This document shows, piece after piece, positions 27,734 through 37,843 of a stretch of 64,000 nucleotides of DNA (within the stretch, counting starts at the first letter, position 1; every line of letters starts with the position of its first letter). The notes below the pieces were generated by a model. It had not been told where the DNA came from. It was given only the letters and a program-made list of their open reading frames with translations, and did not search any database. The stretch covers positions 11,201 through 75,200 of the forward strand of contig CAYNUH010000004.1 in NCBI GenBank assembly GCA_964400605.1, read 5' to 3'. The DNA is from an uncultured Acidobacteriota bacterium. GTDB lineage: Bacteria; Acidobacteriota; Polarisedimenticolia; JACPZX01. The position numbers were made by a program, and so were the translations under genes.

Positions 27734-28902
27734 CGGGAGGCAGCGGCACCAGGAGCGTCCCTTTCTGCCGTCCGGACATCACCGAGGCGGAGATCGCGGC
27801 CGTCACGGAAACCCTCCGTTCCGGATGGATCACCACGGGGCCCCAGGTGAAGCGATTCGAGGAGGCGTTCGCCGCCGCCACCGGCGCGCCCTGGGCGGTG
27901 GCCGTCTCCTCCTGCACGGCCGCCCTGCACGTCTCACTGGCGGCCGCGGGGTGCGGGCCCGGCGACGAGGTGATCACGACCGTCAACACCTTCACCGCGA
28001 CGGCGGCTTCGATCCTCCAGACGGGCGCCAGGCCCGTCCTCGTGGACATCGAGGAGGACACCTTCAACATGGATCCGGAGTGCGTGGAGCGCGCCTGCTC
28101 TTCGCGGACGCGGGCGATCCTGCCGGTCCATCTTGCCGGTCACCCTTGCGAGATGGATCCCATCCTCGCGGCCGCGAGAGCCCGCCGCGCGCTGGTGATC
28201 GAGGACGCCGCGCACGCTCTGCCCGCCTTCTACCGCGGCGCGCGGGTGGGCGTGATCTCGAATCTGACCTGCTTCTCGTTCTACGCCACCAAGAACCTCA
28301 CGACGGGGGAAGGGGGGATGATCACGGGGCTGGATCCCAGCCTCCGGGATCGGGCGGCGCTGCTCGGCTACCACGGCATGAGCAGGGACGGCTGGCGGCG
28401 CTACCTGGATCGGGGCTCGTGGTACTACGAAATCGTCGATCACGGATTCAAGTACAACCTCACCGACATGGCGGCCGCCATGGGGCTCAGGCAGCTCGAG
28501 CGCCTCCCCGCCATGCAGCGCCGCCGCGAGCAGGTGGTGGCCGTGTACGACCGGGCGTTCGCGGATCTGGAGGCCCTGGCGCTCCCGAAGGCCCGGCCCC
28601 ACGTCGGCCACGCCTGGCACCTGTACGTCATCCGCCTGAGGGAGGGAGCCCTGCGGATTGATCGAGACGGGTTCATCCGCGCCCTGGCCGAGAGAGGGAT
28701 CGGCACGAGCGTCCACTTTATCCCTCTCTACCGCCACCCGTTCTACCGGAGGACCCTGGGCGTGGACGCCGCAAGCTTCCCCGTGGCCGAGAGGATCTTC
28801 GCCGCGGCCGTCTCGCTGCCTCTCTTCTCGGCGATGACGGACGCCGAAGTGAGCGCCGTCGTCGAGTCGGTCCGAGACGTCGTGAAGGAGAACCGCCGAT
28901 GA
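27730..28902 (+). CDS. DegT/DnrJ/EryC1/StrS sugar aminotransferase
   Basis: SSCTAALH, EDAAHA, SFYATKNLTTGEGGM. Confidence 0.93.
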   Translation: MTGGSGTRSVPFCRPDITEAEIAAVTETLRSGWITTGPQVKRFEEAFAAATGAPWAVAVSSCTAALHVSLAAAGCGPGDEVITTVNTFTATAASILQTGARPVLVDIEEDTFNMDPECVERACSSRTRAILPVHLAGHPCEMDPILAAARARRALVIEDAAHALPAFYRGARVGVISNLTCFSFYATKNLTTGEGGMITGLDPSLRDRAALLGYHGMSRDGWRRYLDRGSWYYEIVDHGFKYNLTDMAAAMGLRQLERLPAMQRRREQVVAVYDRAFADLEALALPKARPHVGHAWHLYVIRLREGALRIDRDGFIRALAERGIGTSVHFIPLYRHPFYRRTLGVDAASFPVAERIFAAAVSLPLFSAMTDAEVSAVVESVRDVVKENRR

Positions 28903-29891
28903 GCCTCCCCGCCCCGGGCGAGTGCCGGACCTTGTTCGTGGGAGCCGTCGAGGAAGGACGCCGCTGCCTCGAGGCCCTCCTCGCCTCAGGGGAGCCGTTC
29001 GCGGGATTCGTGACCCTCAAGGAGGAATTGGCGCGCGACACTTCCGGCGCCGTCCCCTTCGACGAGATCGCGGCGCTCCATGGGGTGCCGCTCCTCAAGG
29101 TTAAAGACCTGAACCATCCGAAGAACGTGGAGCGCGTCCGCGACCTGAGACCGGACCTGATCCTGGTCATCGGCTGGACGCGGCTCGTGGGCGCGGAGAT
29201 TCTCTCCATCCCGCGCTACGGATGCGTGGGTTTCCACGCCTCGCTCCTCCCGAGGTACCGCGGTCGCGCCCCCGTGAACTGGGCGATCATCAACGGCGAG
29301 ACGGAGACGGGCAACACGATGTTCTATCTCGACGGCGGCGTGGACACGGGCGATATCATCGCACAGAGACGCATCCCGATCGCCGCAGCCGACACCTGCG
29401 CGACCCTGTACGAGAAGGTGGCCGCCGCGGCCATCGGCATGCTGCGGGAGAATCTGCCTCTGCTCAAGACGGGCCGCGCCCCGCGCGTGCCTCAGGATCA
29501 TGCGCGGGCCACCGTGATGCCCAGGCGCCGGCCGGAGGACGGGCTCATCGACTGGACCAGGGACGCGGCCGCGCTGGACCGCTGGGTCCGCGCGCTGACG
29601 CACCCTTACCCGGGCGCCTTCACGGAGGCCGGGGGGGGCCGGCTTTTCGTGTGGAAGGCCTCACCGGACCGTGGCGGCACCGAGACCGCCGAGCCGGGTC
29701 GGATCCTCGACGTGGTGCCGGACTCGGGCATCGTGGTGGCCGCGGGCCGGGGCGCTCTCCTGTTGGAGATGGCGCAGCCGGAAGGGGAGCCGGAGGAGCG
29801 CGCAGACCGGATCGCCCGGCGGCGAGGATGGACGCCCGGGATGCGTCTGGGAGGGAAGGTTCCGGCTCCCGCCGCGGGGGAGCGATCATGA
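28899..29891 (+). CDS. Sugar N-formyltransferase (Fmt/ArnA-like)
   Basis: GFHASLLPRYRGRAP, ETGNT..LDGGVDTGDI, RALTHPYPGAF; located in a sugar cluster. Confidence 0.85.
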   Translation: MSLPAPGECRTLFVGAVEEGRRCLEALLASGEPFAGFVTLKEELARDTSGAVPFDEIAALHGVPLLKVKDLNHPKNVERVRDLRPDLILVIGWTRLVGAEILSIPRYGCVGFHASLLPRYRGRAPVNWAIINGETETGNTMFYLDGGVDTGDIIAQRRIPIAAADTCATLYEKVAAAAIGMLRENLPLLKTGRAPRVPQDHARATVMPRRRPEDGLIDWTRDAAALDRWVRALTHPYPGAFTEAGGGRLFVWKASPDRGGTETAEPGRILDVVPDSGIVVAAGRGALLLEMAQPEGEPEERADRIARRRGWTPGMRLGGKVPAPAAGERS

Positions 29892-30559
29892 AAGTCCTGG
29901 TGGTGGCCGCGCACCCCGACGACGAGGTCCTGGGCCCCGGCGGGACTCTCCGCAAGCACGCGCTGCGCGGGGACGAGGTGGTCGCGTACGTGGCCTGCTG
30001 CGGCACCAACCTGCGCTACGGCACGGAAGCCGAGAGGAGGCTGCGCGACGCGTCGGCCTCCGTCGGAGCCGCCCTCGGCTTCAGGGAGACCCGACTCGGC
30101 GATCTGCCCGACCAGGGGCTCGACACGCTGACGCTCACGCGCGTCATCGACCCGCTGGAGCGACTCCTCCAGGAGGTCCGCCCCGAGGTCCTCTACACGC
30201 ACTATGCCGGAGACATCAACCGCGATCACCGGATCCTCTTCGAGGCGCTCTCCGTGGCGGTGCGCCCCTACGCGGCCCCCTTCCTGCGCCGGTTCATCTC
30301 CTTCGAGACTCCCTCCTCCACCGAGTGGGGCCCCTCCGCCGGGCTGGCCGTTTTCGACCCCAACCACTTCGTGGAGATCTCGGAGACCCTCGACGAGAAG
30401 GTCCGAGCCTTCGCCCTCTACGAGTCGGAGGTCCGCCCGGCGCCTCACCCTCGGTCCTCGGAGTCGCTGCGCGCCCGCGCGGTCGCGTGGGGGTCGGTCG
30501 TCGGTTGCGCGGCGGCGGAGGCGTTTCGCATCGTCAGAGACCTCGACCGGGGCCGGTGA
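29888..30559 (+). CDS. PIG-L/LmbE family de-N-acylase
   Basis: AAHPDDEVLG, DINRDH. Confidence 0.88.
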   Translation: MKVLVVAAHPDDEVLGPGGTLRKHALRGDEVVAYVACCGTNLRYGTEAERRLRDASASVGAALGFRETRLGDLPDQGLDTLTLTRVIDPLERLLQEVRPEVLYTHYAGDINRDHRILFEALSVAVRPYAAPFLRRFISFETPSSTEWGPSAGLAVFDPNHFVEISETLDEKVRAFALYESEVRPAPHPRSSESLRARAVAWGSVVGCAAAEAFRIVRDLDRGR

Positions 30560-30590
30560 GCAGAGAAGCGTTGCGGAAACGGGCCCGGGG

Positions 30591-31196
30591 ATGAGGCGCG
30601 CGCTGGACATCGTCGTCTCCGCCGGGCTCCTGGTGCTCCTCTCGCCGCTCCTCCTGCTCACGGCGCTCCTCATCCGGCTGGAGTCGTCCGGAGGGGCGCT
30701 CTTCCGGCAGGAGCGCGCCGGGAAGGACGGCGTCCTCTTCACCCTGCACAAGTTCCGAACGATGAGGCCCCTGCGCGGGGGAGAGGAGGTGCGCCTGGCC
30801 TCCGCCGCCGACGAACGCATCACGCCGCTGGGCCGCTTCCTCCGCGCGAGCAAGATCGATGAGCTGCCGCAACTCCTGAACGTCCTGCGCGGTGATATGA
30901 CGCTCATCGGGCCGCGCGCCGAGACCCCCAACTTCCTGCCCTACTTCACGGCCGAGCAGCGGGGAGTCCTGAGCGTCAAGCCCGGGCTGACGGGGCCGGG
31001 ACAGATCCACTACACGGTCCATCAGGCCCGCCGGATCCCGGAGGGCGCCGACGCCAACCGGATCTACATCGAGCAGATCCTGCCGGAGAAGCTGGCCATC
31101 GATCTGGACTACGTCCGCCGCCGGAGCCTCAGAGGGGATCTGATCATCCTCGCCCGGACCCTCCTCGTCGTTCTGACGCTGGGGAGGCGCGGGTGA
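30591..31196 (+). CDS. Initiating phosphoglycosyl transferase (PglC-like)
   Basis: KFRTM, IDELPQLLNVLRGDMTLIGPR. Confidence 0.92.
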   Translation: MRRALDIVVSAGLLVLLSPLLLLTALLIRLESSGGALFRQERAGKDGVLFTLHKFRTMRPLRGGEEVRLASAADERITPLGRFLRASKIDELPQLLNVLRGDMTLIGPRAETPNFLPYFTAEQRGVLSVKPGLTGPGQIHYTVHQARRIPEGADANRIYIEQILPEKLAIDLDYVRRRSLRGDLIILARTLLVVLTLGRRG

Positions 31197-32512
31197 GGGC
31201 GGCGAGGCTGTTCCACCGCGCGTATCTGGAGTTGCGGCAGGGGAAGGTCCTGCGCCTCCTGGGAGACCTGGAGCGCGCCCAGTGGCACTCACCTGACGAA
31301 GTGCGCGCACGGCAGTGGGACCGGCTGCGGGCGCTGCTGGCGCACGCGGCGGCGAAGGTTCCCTTCTACCGCCGGGCCTTCCTGGAGGCGGGCCTGAACC
31401 CCATCGATCTCGCGGGCCCCGAGGTGATGGAGCGGCTCCCGATCGTGAGCAAGGAGATGCTGCGCGCGCGCCGGGACGAGTTTCTCTCGGAGGACGCTCG
31501 GTCGCGCGGCGCCACGCCAAACGCCACGGGGGGATCCACCGGTGCGCCGCTCACTTTCTTCCAGGACCGAGTGTACCGGCTCCACCGCGACGCCGTGATG
31601 TACCGGGGCTACCGCTGGTGCGGCTGGCGTGCGGGAGGGCCTCTCGCCTTCCTGTGGGGGTCGGACGTGGACTCGCGGAGCCACAGGGGACTCGGCGGGG
31701 TCCGCGATGCCCTGCTGGGGATCACCTGGATCGACGCCTTCACGCTGGAGGAGCGCGCGCTCGATCGCGTTCTCGACGATCTGGCGCGGGCGGACCCGGA
31801 GATCCTCGTGGGATACGCCTCCTCCCTCCGGCACCTCGCGCGGCGCGCTCTGGCGCGGGGCGGAGGCCCCCGCCTTCGGGCGGTCGAGACCTCGGCGGAG
31901 CTTCTCACGGCCGACGCGCGCCGCGACATCGAGGCGGCCTTCTCCTGCCGCGTCCTGGACCGATACGGCTGCCGCGAGGCGGGGGTCATCGCCCATGAGT
32001 GCCGGGCGGGGGAGGGCTGGCACATCAGCGCCGAGACCGTGTGGCTGGAGACCGATCCCGAAGGCCGGCTCCTCCTGACGACCCTGATGAACTACTCGAT
32101 GCCGCTGGTGCGCTACCGCAACGAAGACCTGGTGGCGCTGGGAAGCAAGCGCTGTTCATGCGGGCGCGGATTGCCGCTGATGACCGGCGTCGCCGGGCGG
32201 ATCGCAGACATCATCCTCAGCCCTTCGGGCCGCGCGATCCACGGAGAGTTCTTCACCCACCTCTTCTACGGAGTGCCGGGGGTGCGCGAGTTCCAGGTCG
32301 TGCAGAAGGCCGCGGCCGACCTCCTCATCCGAGTGGTGGCCGACGCCTCATTCACCGCCGAGCACCGCGCGCGGATCGAGGCGTCCATCCGCGATCACGC
32401 CGACGCCGCCTTCCGGGTTCGGTGGGAATCGCCGGCCGAGATCCCGAGGGGGCTCTCCGGGAAGTTCCGCTTCACCATTTCGGAGATCTCCGGCACCGAG
32501 GCCGGACGGTGA
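31193..32512 (+). CDS. Phenylacetate-CoA ligase-like/CapK family adenylate-forming enzyme
   Basis: TGGSTGAP, YGCRE, MPLVRYRNEDL, SGKFRFT. Confidence 0.85.
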   Translation: MRAARLFHRAYLELRQGKVLRLLGDLERAQWHSPDEVRARQWDRLRALLAHAAAKVPFYRRAFLEAGLNPIDLAGPEVMERLPIVSKEMLRARRDEFLSEDARSRGATPNATGGSTGAPLTFFQDRVYRLHRDAVMYRGYRWCGWRAGGPLAFLWGSDVDSRSHRGLGGVRDALLGITWIDAFTLEERALDRVLDDLARADPEILVGYASSLRHLARRALARGGGPRLRAVETSAELLTADARRDIEAAFSCRVLDRYGCREAGVIAHECRAGEGWHISAETVWLETDPEGRLLLTTLMNYSMPLVRYRNEDLVALGSKRCSCGRGLPLMTGVAGRIADIILSPSGRAIHGEFFTHLFYGVPGVREFQVVQKAAADLLIRVVADASFTAEHRARIEASIRDHADAAFRVRWESPAEIPRGLSGKFRFTISEISGTEAGR

Positions 32513-32520
32513 GAGGGCGG

Positions 32521-33639
32521 GTGAGGATCGCCTTCTTCGGCGACGCCAAATACGTGGGCGCCTACGAGTGGATCCGCTACCTCTCCGAGCAGGAAGACTT
32601 CGAGGTTCATGCGGTCGTCTTCCCGGGTCACGAGCGCGAGATCCCGCGGGTCACTTTCCACACGCTCTCGGGGGCCATCCCGGAGGGCAAGGTGCGCTAC
32701 CTGGTGTGCGTCCCCGCGCTCCGGCGCGCGCTCCGGGCGATCGCCCCCGATCTGCTGATCGCCTACCGCGCCGTATCCTACGGGTTCAGCGCGGCTCGGA
32801 CGGGGTTCCACCCGATGGTCCTTGCGGCGCAGGGAATGTTCATCGCGTCCCGAGCGACTCCCCGCTTCTCGCGGTTTTTCGCCCGGCGCGCCGTGCGCGC
32901 CGCCGATCTCCTGCACTCCTGGGCGCCCGTGATGACGGCGAACATGGTGAGGCTGGGGGCGGACCCCGGCCGGATCCTCACGCTCACGCGCGGAGTGGAT
33001 GAGACCCGATTCGTGCCCGCTGAGGAGCCTCCACCGCCGCTCACGCTGGTGAGCACACGGCAGCTGGAGCGGTACTACAACTTCCCGACCCTCATCGAGG
33101 CTGTCCGTCTGGCGCGTCAGGAGATCGGCGAGGTGCGCTACCTCGTCGCGGGGGAGGGCGGCGCGCGCGCGGAACTCGAAGATCTGTCGAGGCGTAAACG
33201 TCTCGAGGGGGTCGTGACGTTCCTGGGCGCGGTCACCCGCGACCGGCTTCCGGATCTCCTCAGATCGGCACACCTGTATGTAGCCGCCGTGCCCAGCGAC
33301 GGAACATCCATGTCGCTCCTGGAGGCCATGGCCGCCGGGGTCGTGCCCATCATCGCCGACAACGAATCCAACCGTTTCTGGATCGCGGACGGCACCGGAG
33401 GCCGCCTCGTTCCGGCGTTCGACGCGCGCGCCTACGCCGCGGCCCTCCTGGAGGCGTGGCGCACGCCTGAGTGGCGCCGCAGAGTGAGGGAGCACAACCG
33501 GGAGTCGGTGAAGCAGCGCGCTTCCTGGAATCGGAACATGGCCGCGTTTGCGGAGGCCTACAGGGAATTGGCCGCGGGGCGCACGGTGGGAGGATCCGGG
33601 AGCCGCTCACAGGGGCGACTCTCTAAGTTCGTGACTTGA
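32521..33639 (+). CDS. GT4 glycosyltransferase
   Basis: STRQLERYY, DGTSMSLLEAMAAG. Confidence 0.85.
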   Translation: MRIAFFGDAKYVGAYEWIRYLSEQEDFEVHAVVFPGHEREIPRVTFHTLSGAIPEGKVRYLVCVPALRRALRAIAPDLLIAYRAVSYGFSAARTGFHPMVLAAQGMFIASRATPRFSRFFARRAVRAADLLHSWAPVMTANMVRLGADPGRILTLTRGVDETRFVPAEEPPPPLTLVSTRQLERYYNFPTLIEAVRLARQEIGEVRYLVAGEGGARAELEDLSRRKRLEGVVTFLGAVTRDRLPDLLRSAHLYVAAVPSDGTSMSLLEAMAAGVVPIIADNESNRFWIADGTGGRLVPAFDARAYAAALLEAWRTPEWRRRVREHNRESVKQRASWNRNMAAFAEAYRELAAGRTVGGSGSRSQGRLSKFVT

Positions 33640-33664
33640 CGGCCCTTGCCGCCTTTGATAAAGT
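33636..33664 (+). promoter_or_regulatory. Promoter for the secreted-protein block
   Basis: TTGACG-N17-TAAAGT, bracketed by CTTGAC (33635-33640) and GTCAAG (33663-33668). Confidence 0.55.
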
Positions 33665-33722
33665 CAAGGTCCGAGTGGCCGCTCAGAAGTGAGGCTAGGC
33701 ACCTGTCCGTACCTGGCCGTAA

Positions 33723-36368
33723 TTGCAGTCAGGTTCTGGCTCGCGAGGAGGCCTGTTGACAGGCAGAGGCCCTGGGTTCCGCGCCGCGAGGGTCAGCCTT
33801 CCCGCCCTGATCAGCGCCCTGTTCGTGTGCACGACCGGCGCGCAGGCCGTGATCGTGCGCGTCGATCCGAACTCGATGCGGGTGCAGAGCGTCTTCCACA
33901 ACACCCACCTCGCCACCCTGACTCCCAGATTCCAGTGGACCTTTCCCGGGACGGGGACCCAGACCAACTGGCAGATCCAGGTCGACTCCAGTCCCCAGTT
34001 CAACGGGCACAACGGGGAGATCTGGTTCTGGGACAGCGGCGTGGCCGACAAGGGAACGCTCGACTCCGACACCGACGTCGCCTACTCCACCCCGAACGCG
34101 CCCGGAAAGTTCCCGCGATCGCTCGACACACGGGCCGATCTCATTTACTGGCGGGTCCGCGTGCAGCAGGACAACGACGCCAACTGGGACAAGGACCCGA
34201 ACGACTTCGCCGTCGGCGTCTTCAAGCTCAATCAGATACCGCTCTCGCCCGACAATCTGACCGCGACCGTGGATCCGAACGCGGGCACCATTGCGGGTTT
34301 CACCTTCCCGGCCGTGGTCACGACTCCCCGCGAGCTTTTCGTGGCGACCAACGGAGACGACGCGAACCCGGGCACCCTGGCCCTGCCGTTTCGCACCATC
34401 ACCTTCGGCGCCAAGGCGCTGCTGCCGGGCGACACGCTGACGATCCGGGGGGGCACCTACAACGAGAACGTGCGACTCAGCCCGACGCCGACGACCGGCG
34501 TGAAGAACGGCACGGCCGGCAACCCCATCACGATCCGGGGCCGGCCCGGGGAGTCGGTCATCGTCCGCGGCGTGTCGGCCGGGAGCTCCCCCTTCGCGCC
34601 GTTCTCTTTCATCGGCTCGCCGGTCGCCATCACCAACTGGATCCTCGACGGGGTCAAGCTGGGCGGGGGAACGGCGGTCTCCCACGGAATCTTCGTCAAC
34701 TTCGCGGAGCATCTCACCATCAGGAACATCTCGTTCGAGTCCACCTTCAACCCTTCCGGGACAGGCATCCAGATCCTCGGCAGTGGGTCCGGCAACCGGA
34801 TCCTGAACTCGAAGCTCGACACCAGGATGTTCGACCAGATCGACATCACCGGATCGAAGCACGTGGAGATCCGCAACAACGAGTTCACCGGAGGCAACGG
34901 CCACGTGGCCATCCACTGGCACAACAGCGGGGGCCAGGCCGGCATCATCGAGGGGAACCGCTTCCACGACTTCACCGCCACCGAGGGCGCCATCTTCGTC
35001 TACCTGTCCGGTGACGGGATGGTGGTCCGGAACAATGTCTTCCTCAACGTCTCGGAGACGGCCGGCGGCTACAACGCAGGCATCGTCGTCCTCCGGTGCG
35101 GGAAGATCCTCATCGAGAACAACACTTTCGTGAACATCACCCGAGGCGTCGGCCTCGCCGAGTTCGCGCGCTTCTCCATCGTCCGGAACAACATCTTCTT
35201 CAACACCACGAAAACCGCCATCGATTTCACGCTGCTGCAGAGCGCCCAGCAGGGATCGAGCACCGTTGGGTTCGTGGTGGACCACAACCTCTTCTTCGAC
35301 AACACCAAGGACACCGACTATTCCGCTTCGACCAAGACGGCCGATCTGGCCGACATCACGTACACGAACAACTGCTGCTTCGCCTCGGTGGGAAACCAGT
35401 GCGACGGGACGAGGACGGCGCCCAACGTCAACGCGGCGTGCGATCCGCAGTTCGTGAACGCGGCCGCGGGAGACCTCCACCTCGGCGCCGCCAGCCCCGC
35501 GCGGGACGCGGGCGACCCGAACACGCCCGTCCCCGTGGGCGGCGGATCCGTCATCGACATGGGGGCCCTGGAGTTCGGCTCGGCCGCCATGCCGCCGTAC
35601 GACTACCAGCCGAAGGTCAGCGTCAGCGACGTGACGCCGAAGTTCACCTGGAAGTTCGTGGACCGGGACAACGACCTGAACGCGCGTTTCCCGACCGACT
35701 TCCTGGACACCGACTTACATTTCGGCTTCGAGCTTCAGATCGACACGCGCAACACCTTCGACAGCGTCAACGGCGACCGTCCTCTCTTCAGCACCAGCGC
35801 CGCCAACGGCTTCAACTTCGTGGCGTCGAATGATCCGAATGCTCCGAACTACATCCTTCCCGACGCCAATGCCCTTCCGGCGGGGGAGTACTACGTGCGG
35901 GTGCGCAACCGCGACGAGAACCAGGCGCTTTTGGGGGCCTGGTCGAACAACAACTTCCGGATAAGGGTGGCCGCGGAGCCGCAGGCGCCCATCCTCACCC
36001 AGCAGAGTCCCGCACCGATGTCGGTGGGGGTGGACCCCAACGCGGTCGTCTCCGCGCACGTGGTGGATTTCGGCAGCGGCGTGGCCAGCTCGACCATCGT
36101 GATGAGGATCTTCGACTCCGACCCCAACACGCCGGATCTCGTCGCGCCGCAGATCACGCAGGTGGGACCCACCTCGACCGACTTCCGGGTCTCCTTCACT
36201 CCCGCGCCGGGGCGGTTCAAGTCGGGCGACGTCATCACCGCTCAGATCGAGGCCGACGATCTCTTCAGCCCCCCCAACCACCTGGGAGGGACGAATTCGA
36301 TGTGGTCCTTCACAATCCGGGACAGCGTCCCGCCCCTGGCCCCCGCGGGTCTGATCGTGGTGCCCTGA
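33723..36368 (+). CDS. Large secreted right-handed beta-helix protein with Ig-like flanking modules
   Basis: Signal peptide; FVATNGDDANPGT..PFRTI; LLPGDTLTIRGGTY; IxNNxF repeats; LHLGAASPARDAG..DMGALE; two TPxFxW..QxD modules. Start uncertain. Confidence 0.78.
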   Translation: MQSGSGSRGGLLTGRGPGFRAARVSLPALISALFVCTTGAQAVIVRVDPNSMRVQSVFHNTHLATLTPRFQWTFPGTGTQTNWQIQVDSSPQFNGHNGEIWFWDSGVADKGTLDSDTDVAYSTPNAPGKFPRSLDTRADLIYWRVRVQQDNDANWDKDPNDFAVGVFKLNQIPLSPDNLTATVDPNAGTIAGFTFPAVVTTPRELFVATNGDDANPGTLALPFRTITFGAKALLPGDTLTIRGGTYNENVRLSPTPTTGVKNGTAGNPITIRGRPGESVIVRGVSAGSSPFAPFSFIGSPVAITNWILDGVKLGGGTAVSHGIFVNFAEHLTIRNISFESTFNPSGTGIQILGSGSGNRILNSKLDTRMFDQIDITGSKHVEIRNNEFTGGNGHVAIHWHNSGGQAGIIEGNRFHDFTATEGAIFVYLSGDGMVVRNNVFLNVSETAGGYNAGIVVLRCGKILIENNTFVNITRGVGLAEFARFSIVRNNIFFNTTKTAIDFTLLQSAQQGSSTVGFVVDHNLFFDNTKDTDYSASTKTADLADITYTNNCCFASVGNQCDGTRTAPNVNAACDPQFVNAAAGDLHLGAASPARDAGDPNTPVPVGGGSVIDMGALEFGSAAMPPYDYQPKVSVSDVTPKFTWKFVDRDNDLNARFPTDFLDTDLHFGFELQIDTRNTFDSVNGDRPLFSTSAANGFNFVASNDPNAPNYILPDANALPAGEYYVRVRNRDENQALLGAWSNNNFRIRVAAEPQAPILTQQSPAPMSVGVDPNAVVSAHVVDFGSGVASSTIVMRIFDSDPNTPDLVAPQITQVGPTSTDFRVSFTPAPGRFKSGDVITAQIEADDLFSPPNHLGGTNSMWSFTIRDSVPPLAPAGLIVVP

Positions 36369-36369
36369 C

Positions 36370-37008
36370 ATGGCGCAGAGGATGACGATGGACGCGCACC
36401 AGGCGGGGGGCCATCCCCGACGCGGGCTGCGGCGTCTCGCCGCACTGGCCGGCGCCTGCCTTGTTGCGGTGCTGCAGCCGGCCGGCGGCGCGCCGGAAAG
36501 AGGATCGCGCGATCCTTCGGTGCGGACCGCCGCCGCAGCCGAGCGCGTCACCGGACGCAAGGCCACGAAAGGCCGGAGGAGCCCGAGGCTGTTCCAGCCG
36601 CGCATTCTTCCTGTTGTCATCCCTTCCTTCCAGGCGATCGCGGAGCCTGACACGGCGATGGTCGGCGGTCGCGTGCTCGTCACGGTGCGCCTGGTGGCCG
36701 GGCAAGGCGCCGCGCGGCACGCGGCCGTTCACGTGGGGGCGGACCCGTCCCTCCTGCGCTATCTGGGGGTGCGCGCGACGGGGCGGGGGGCGCTGATCGC
36801 GGAGCCCTCCTCGGTGGACGGCGAGTTGGTGGTGTACCGGTCGTCCCTTCCGGAAGGGTTCGCGCAGAGCGAGGCGATCGTGGAGATCGAGTACGAGGCC
36901 CTCGCGCCGGGCTCGTGCTCGATTGTTCTGACGGGGGTCCGGCTGATGGACGGTCGGGCAAGAGACCTGCGGGTGACCTATGACGCGGCAAGCCTGGTCA
37001 TCGAGTAG
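36370..37008 (+). CDS. Exported cohesin-like domain protein
   Basis: C-terminal beta-sandwich (VTVRL, DPSLLRY, EIEYEALAPGSCSI) resembling cohesin domains. Confidence 0.55.
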   Translation: MAQRMTMDAHQAGGHPRRGLRRLAALAGACLVAVLQPAGGAPERGSRDPSVRTAAAAERVTGRKATKGRRSPRLFQPRILPVVIPSFQAIAEPDTAMVGGRVLVTVRLVAGQGAARHAAVHVGADPSLLRYLGVRATGRGALIAEPSSVDGELVVYRSSLPEGFAQSEAIVEIEYEALAPGSCSIVLTGVRLMDGRARDLRVTYDAASLVIE

Positions 37009-37843
37009 GCTCCGGGGCGCCGCCGCGGCGGTCTGCGTCGCGATCGCGGCGTGGGGGGGAGTGTTCGCGCAGGCGCTCGGCAGCGTCCACATCGCCTGGA
37101 ACGCCAACGACCCCAACATCGACCCCGACCTGGCCGGATACAGGATCTACGTGGACGACGATCCCAACACCTTCAACCTCGCGCCCAGCGCGGCGAAACC
37201 GCTGTCCCGCACCATCGACGTCGGATCCTCCGTGACGGACCAGATCGTCACCAGCCTCGACCCGAACAAGGTCTTCACCTTCGCGGTCACGGCGCTCGAT
37301 CTCAGCGGCAACGAGAGCGGGTTCTCCAACCGGGTCAGCCAGCAGCCCAGCATTCTTCCCATCGTGCGTTCCGTGGCGCCGGCCTCGGCGACACAGGGCG
37401 ATCCCAACGTGCCGGTCACCATCTCGGGGGCGAACTTCCTCTCGACGAGCACCGTGAGCTTCGGAACCGGAATCACCGTCGGCGCTCCCACCCTGGGTCC
37501 CTCGGGCACGCTCCTGGTAACGGTGACCGTGAATTCTATTGCCCAGGCCAAGAGCTACGACGTCACGGTCACGAACCCCGGCGGCTCCGCGGGCACGAAG
37601 GCGGGCGCCTTCACCGTGGACGTGAACCTGGGGAGGCTGGACATCGACGGCTCGAACCGGATCGACGGTGCGGACTTCCTCGACATCCTCCTGGGGTTCC
37701 CCTCGATGGCGGGTGATGCCTATTACAACACCACTCGCGATCTCGACGTGGACGGCGGTATCGACGGCGCGGATCTGGCGATCTTCTTCTCGTGCTTCGG
37801 CGCCACGCGCGCCGGACCCATGCAGCCCTTCATATGCCCCTGA
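36980..37843 (+). CDS. Secreted FN3 + IPT/TIG + dockerin-like protein
   Basis: DLAGYRIY..FAVTALDLSGNES (FN3); VTISGANF..VTVTNPGG (IPT); DIDGSNRIDGADF and DLDVDGGIDGADL Ca-binding pair. Confidence 0.75.
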   Translation: MTRQAWSSSRLRGAAAAVCVAIAAWGGVFAQALGSVHIAWNANDPNIDPDLAGYRIYVDDDPNTFNLAPSAAKPLSRTIDVGSSVTDQIVTSLDPNKVFTFAVTALDLSGNESGFSNRVSQQPSILPIVRSVAPASATQGDPNVPVTISGANFLSTSTVSFGTGITVGAPTLGPSGTLLVTVTVNSIAQAKSYDVTVTNPGGSAGTKAGAFTVDVNLGRLDIDGSNRIDGADFLDILLGFPSMAGDAYYNTTRDLDVDGGIDGADLAIFFSCFGATRAGPMQPFICP

